Shown here piece by piece: positions 61,849 to 64,000 of a stretch of DNA of 64,000 nucleotides. The stretch's first letter is position 1. Each line of letters begins with the position of its first letter. The notes beneath the pieces were generated by a model. It saw only the letters and a program-made list of their open reading frames with translations. It was not told the origin of the DNA and made no database searches. This stretch comes from Mustelus asterias (Eukaryota), in assembly GCF_964213995.1 (NCBI RefSeq), contig NC_135828.1:16244001-16308000 (forward strand). The letters are read 5' to 3'. A program made the position numbers and the translations under genes.

Positions 61849-63272
61849 TCGGCAACCCTCCCCAACCCCACTGCCGGCTGCCGCCTTTTCTTACTGCTAA
61901 TGCTGTAAATATGAGGACACGGCTTCCTTTTCCTTGCCTGTAACTCAGCTGCCCTTGACAGAAGGCCTCAGGAAGCCACTTGACTGCACCGTTCTCACCC
62001 TGCCCAGATCGGAAGGTCAGGCGAGGAGGTTGTGCCCGCGTTTCAGGGTAAGTAACTAGGAGGAGAGTGGTGATCCCACTGTGATTGGCACTCCATGGAA
62101 GTTATGGCCCGTTCTCTTAAGTCATGTAACTGTTTTGAATCATTGTAAAGCAGGATACAACCGGCAGATAAATTGTGACAGTGCCAACAGACACATTGTG
62201 ATATGGAGACTGCTTCAAATTTTTCTTTCAATAAATAGTTGCTGCATTTCATTGTGCATTTGGGTGTTGAGTTCAATTACAGTCACTGCAATGTGCTCAC
62301 TGTTGGACTATTTCTAAAGGATTAGAGCATTAACCAGAGTCTAGGTGGAAGTGAAAGATCTGATGGTGCTTTTCAAAGAAGATCAGGGGGATTCTTTTTG
62401 TGTCCTGGACAATATTTATCCCTCGGTGAGCATCAGAAAACCGGATTAACTGATCATTTACCTCCGTCTTCTTTGCTGGACATAAATGGGCTGTTGTGTT
62501 TGCAAACATCATGATAGTATATTTTAAAAGGAATGAGTTGGCTGCAAGCCACTTCATTCACACCGAGTATCTGCCCTTTTCTTTACCACTCCTGTCACTT
62601 CTCTCCATCCTCTGCTTCACTGTCTGATAGGAGAGCACTTGTAAGACCATCTGAATTCTTGTGCAGCTTTTAACATGTATGAAAGCAGATCAGTATGTAT
62701 AGAGCTGTATCTCCTTTTCTAAATTAACTTTTAAAGAATTTCTCCTCTGTCACTCGGGACAATCTGCCATTCAGTGGTGTTATAAAGTGCCTTTACAAAG
62801 AAGACTTAAGTAAATTTCACAAACTTAAGCTTTGCACAATCGATTTCAGTGGAGTGCAAACAGACCTCCGCGTGAGCAAGAAATGTTGCAACGTCAGATT
62901 TCCATTGTAGTTGCAGGAAACTATATCTACCGATGTAAGAAGGGGACCTCTGAATGCATTAATCACAAACTAGATGTAAACACCTTCAAGCTAATGCTAT
63001 GATTTCTGATCAGTGGTTTATAGTCCAGTTGATGGCAAAGATACCCTTTCTTTAAATTTCAGTTGACAGTGTGGTTAGAATCAAAAAGTTCAGTCAGTGT
63101 AAAGGCATCAGAAAGACAGCACATCCTTCTGAAACTCATTTCAAATTGTGTCATATACTGTGTAATTTGCTGATCTGGCGCAGACTCCGAGTCTGTGAAA
63201 ACAACCGTATCGGGGTCATAACCAGTTGTTTACTCCAGGTCCAAGTGATGAACTGAAGTAAAATAAGCAATT

Positions 63273-63540
63273 AGAATCATAGAATCCTACAGTGCAGAAG
63301 GAGGCCATTCGGCCCATTGAGTCTGCACCGACCACAAACCCCCCCCCGACACTAAGGGGAAATTTAGCATGGCCAATCCATCTAACCTGCACATCTTTGG
63401 ACTGTGGGGGCAAATGGAGCACCCAGAGGAAACCCACACAGACACGGGGAGAATGTGCAAACTCCACACAGACGGTGACCTAGGCTGGGAATCGAACCTG
63501 CGTCCCTGGAACTGAGAGGCAGCAGTGCTAACCACTGTGC
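63273..63540 (-). mobile_element. HE1-like SINE, tail type 1
   Basis: Head, body and tail match. Confidence 0.85.
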
Positions 63541-64000
63541 AACTGCCATCTTTGCCAGCACTGTTTAGAAAGAAGTATTCCCCAAAGACTCTTGAACAGT
63601 AACTGGCCAGAATGTGGAGGGCCACTGTTGGACTGAGGGGAAATCTTATTCTAATACCCAAACTCTGCTCTGAATTTTGTTTTTATTCATCCTCTCTGTA
63701 ATCACCTCCCATCCCTAAAACAGCATATATAGAAAATCAATGTGTTGGATATGGATAGCACTTTTCTTAGTCATATGCAGTGTGTATATGACGGAGGCAT
63801 TAATCTTTTTATTGTGAACCATTAAAATAGTAAACAAATGTATTTCATGAATGCTAATAAAGCATTAGTACATGAATATTCAAACATTCAAGACCTACGG
63901 GTTTCCTGTTGTTTAGTGATCTCGGGCGTAACTGCCCAGGTTCTGATAAGATATGTTCCCTTTACGGAAGCTACTAAGTGTTGCAATAATTTTGCAATTC

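Noticed and set aside
1838-63661. Many 60-130 aa ORFs such as MAQWLALLPHSARD... and SLSVWSLHVLPVSAWVSSG...
   Set aside because: Recurrent translations of the HE1-like SINE, not genes

Overview
Eukaryotic, repeat-rich genomic DNA, almost certainly from a shark or other elasmobranch (abundant HE1-type tRNA SINEs, CR1, L2, Rex1-like and Penelope-like elements). It covers the DUSP13-SAMD8 syntenic locus. Two complete three-exon atypical dual-specificity phosphatase genes lie in tandem on the minus strand: a DUSP13A/MDSP-like gene (35439->18021, 195 aa) and a second DUSP13-family paralog (8641->2750, 207 aa). SAMD8 (SMSr) runs divergently on the plus strand, with a probable non-coding exon 1 near 44.3 kb behind a 44-bp GC-rich minisatellite and its first coding exon at 59723-60298. 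The most unusual feature is at 4684-5646, inside an intron: three head-to-tail copies of a ~300-bp, A-tailed, five-hairpin element with a U2 snRNA-derived head. One copy sits inside another copy's U2 head, flanked by a 14-18 bp target-site duplication, which suggests a self-targeting, U2-site-specific SINE. Also present are Penelope-like terminal repeats with minimal hammerhead ribozyme motifs (including a U3-A8 core variant) and a 684-bp internally deleted hAT transposon. Family names and comparisons come from recalled sequences, not database searches; repeat boundaries are approximate unless a TSD or TIR is given.
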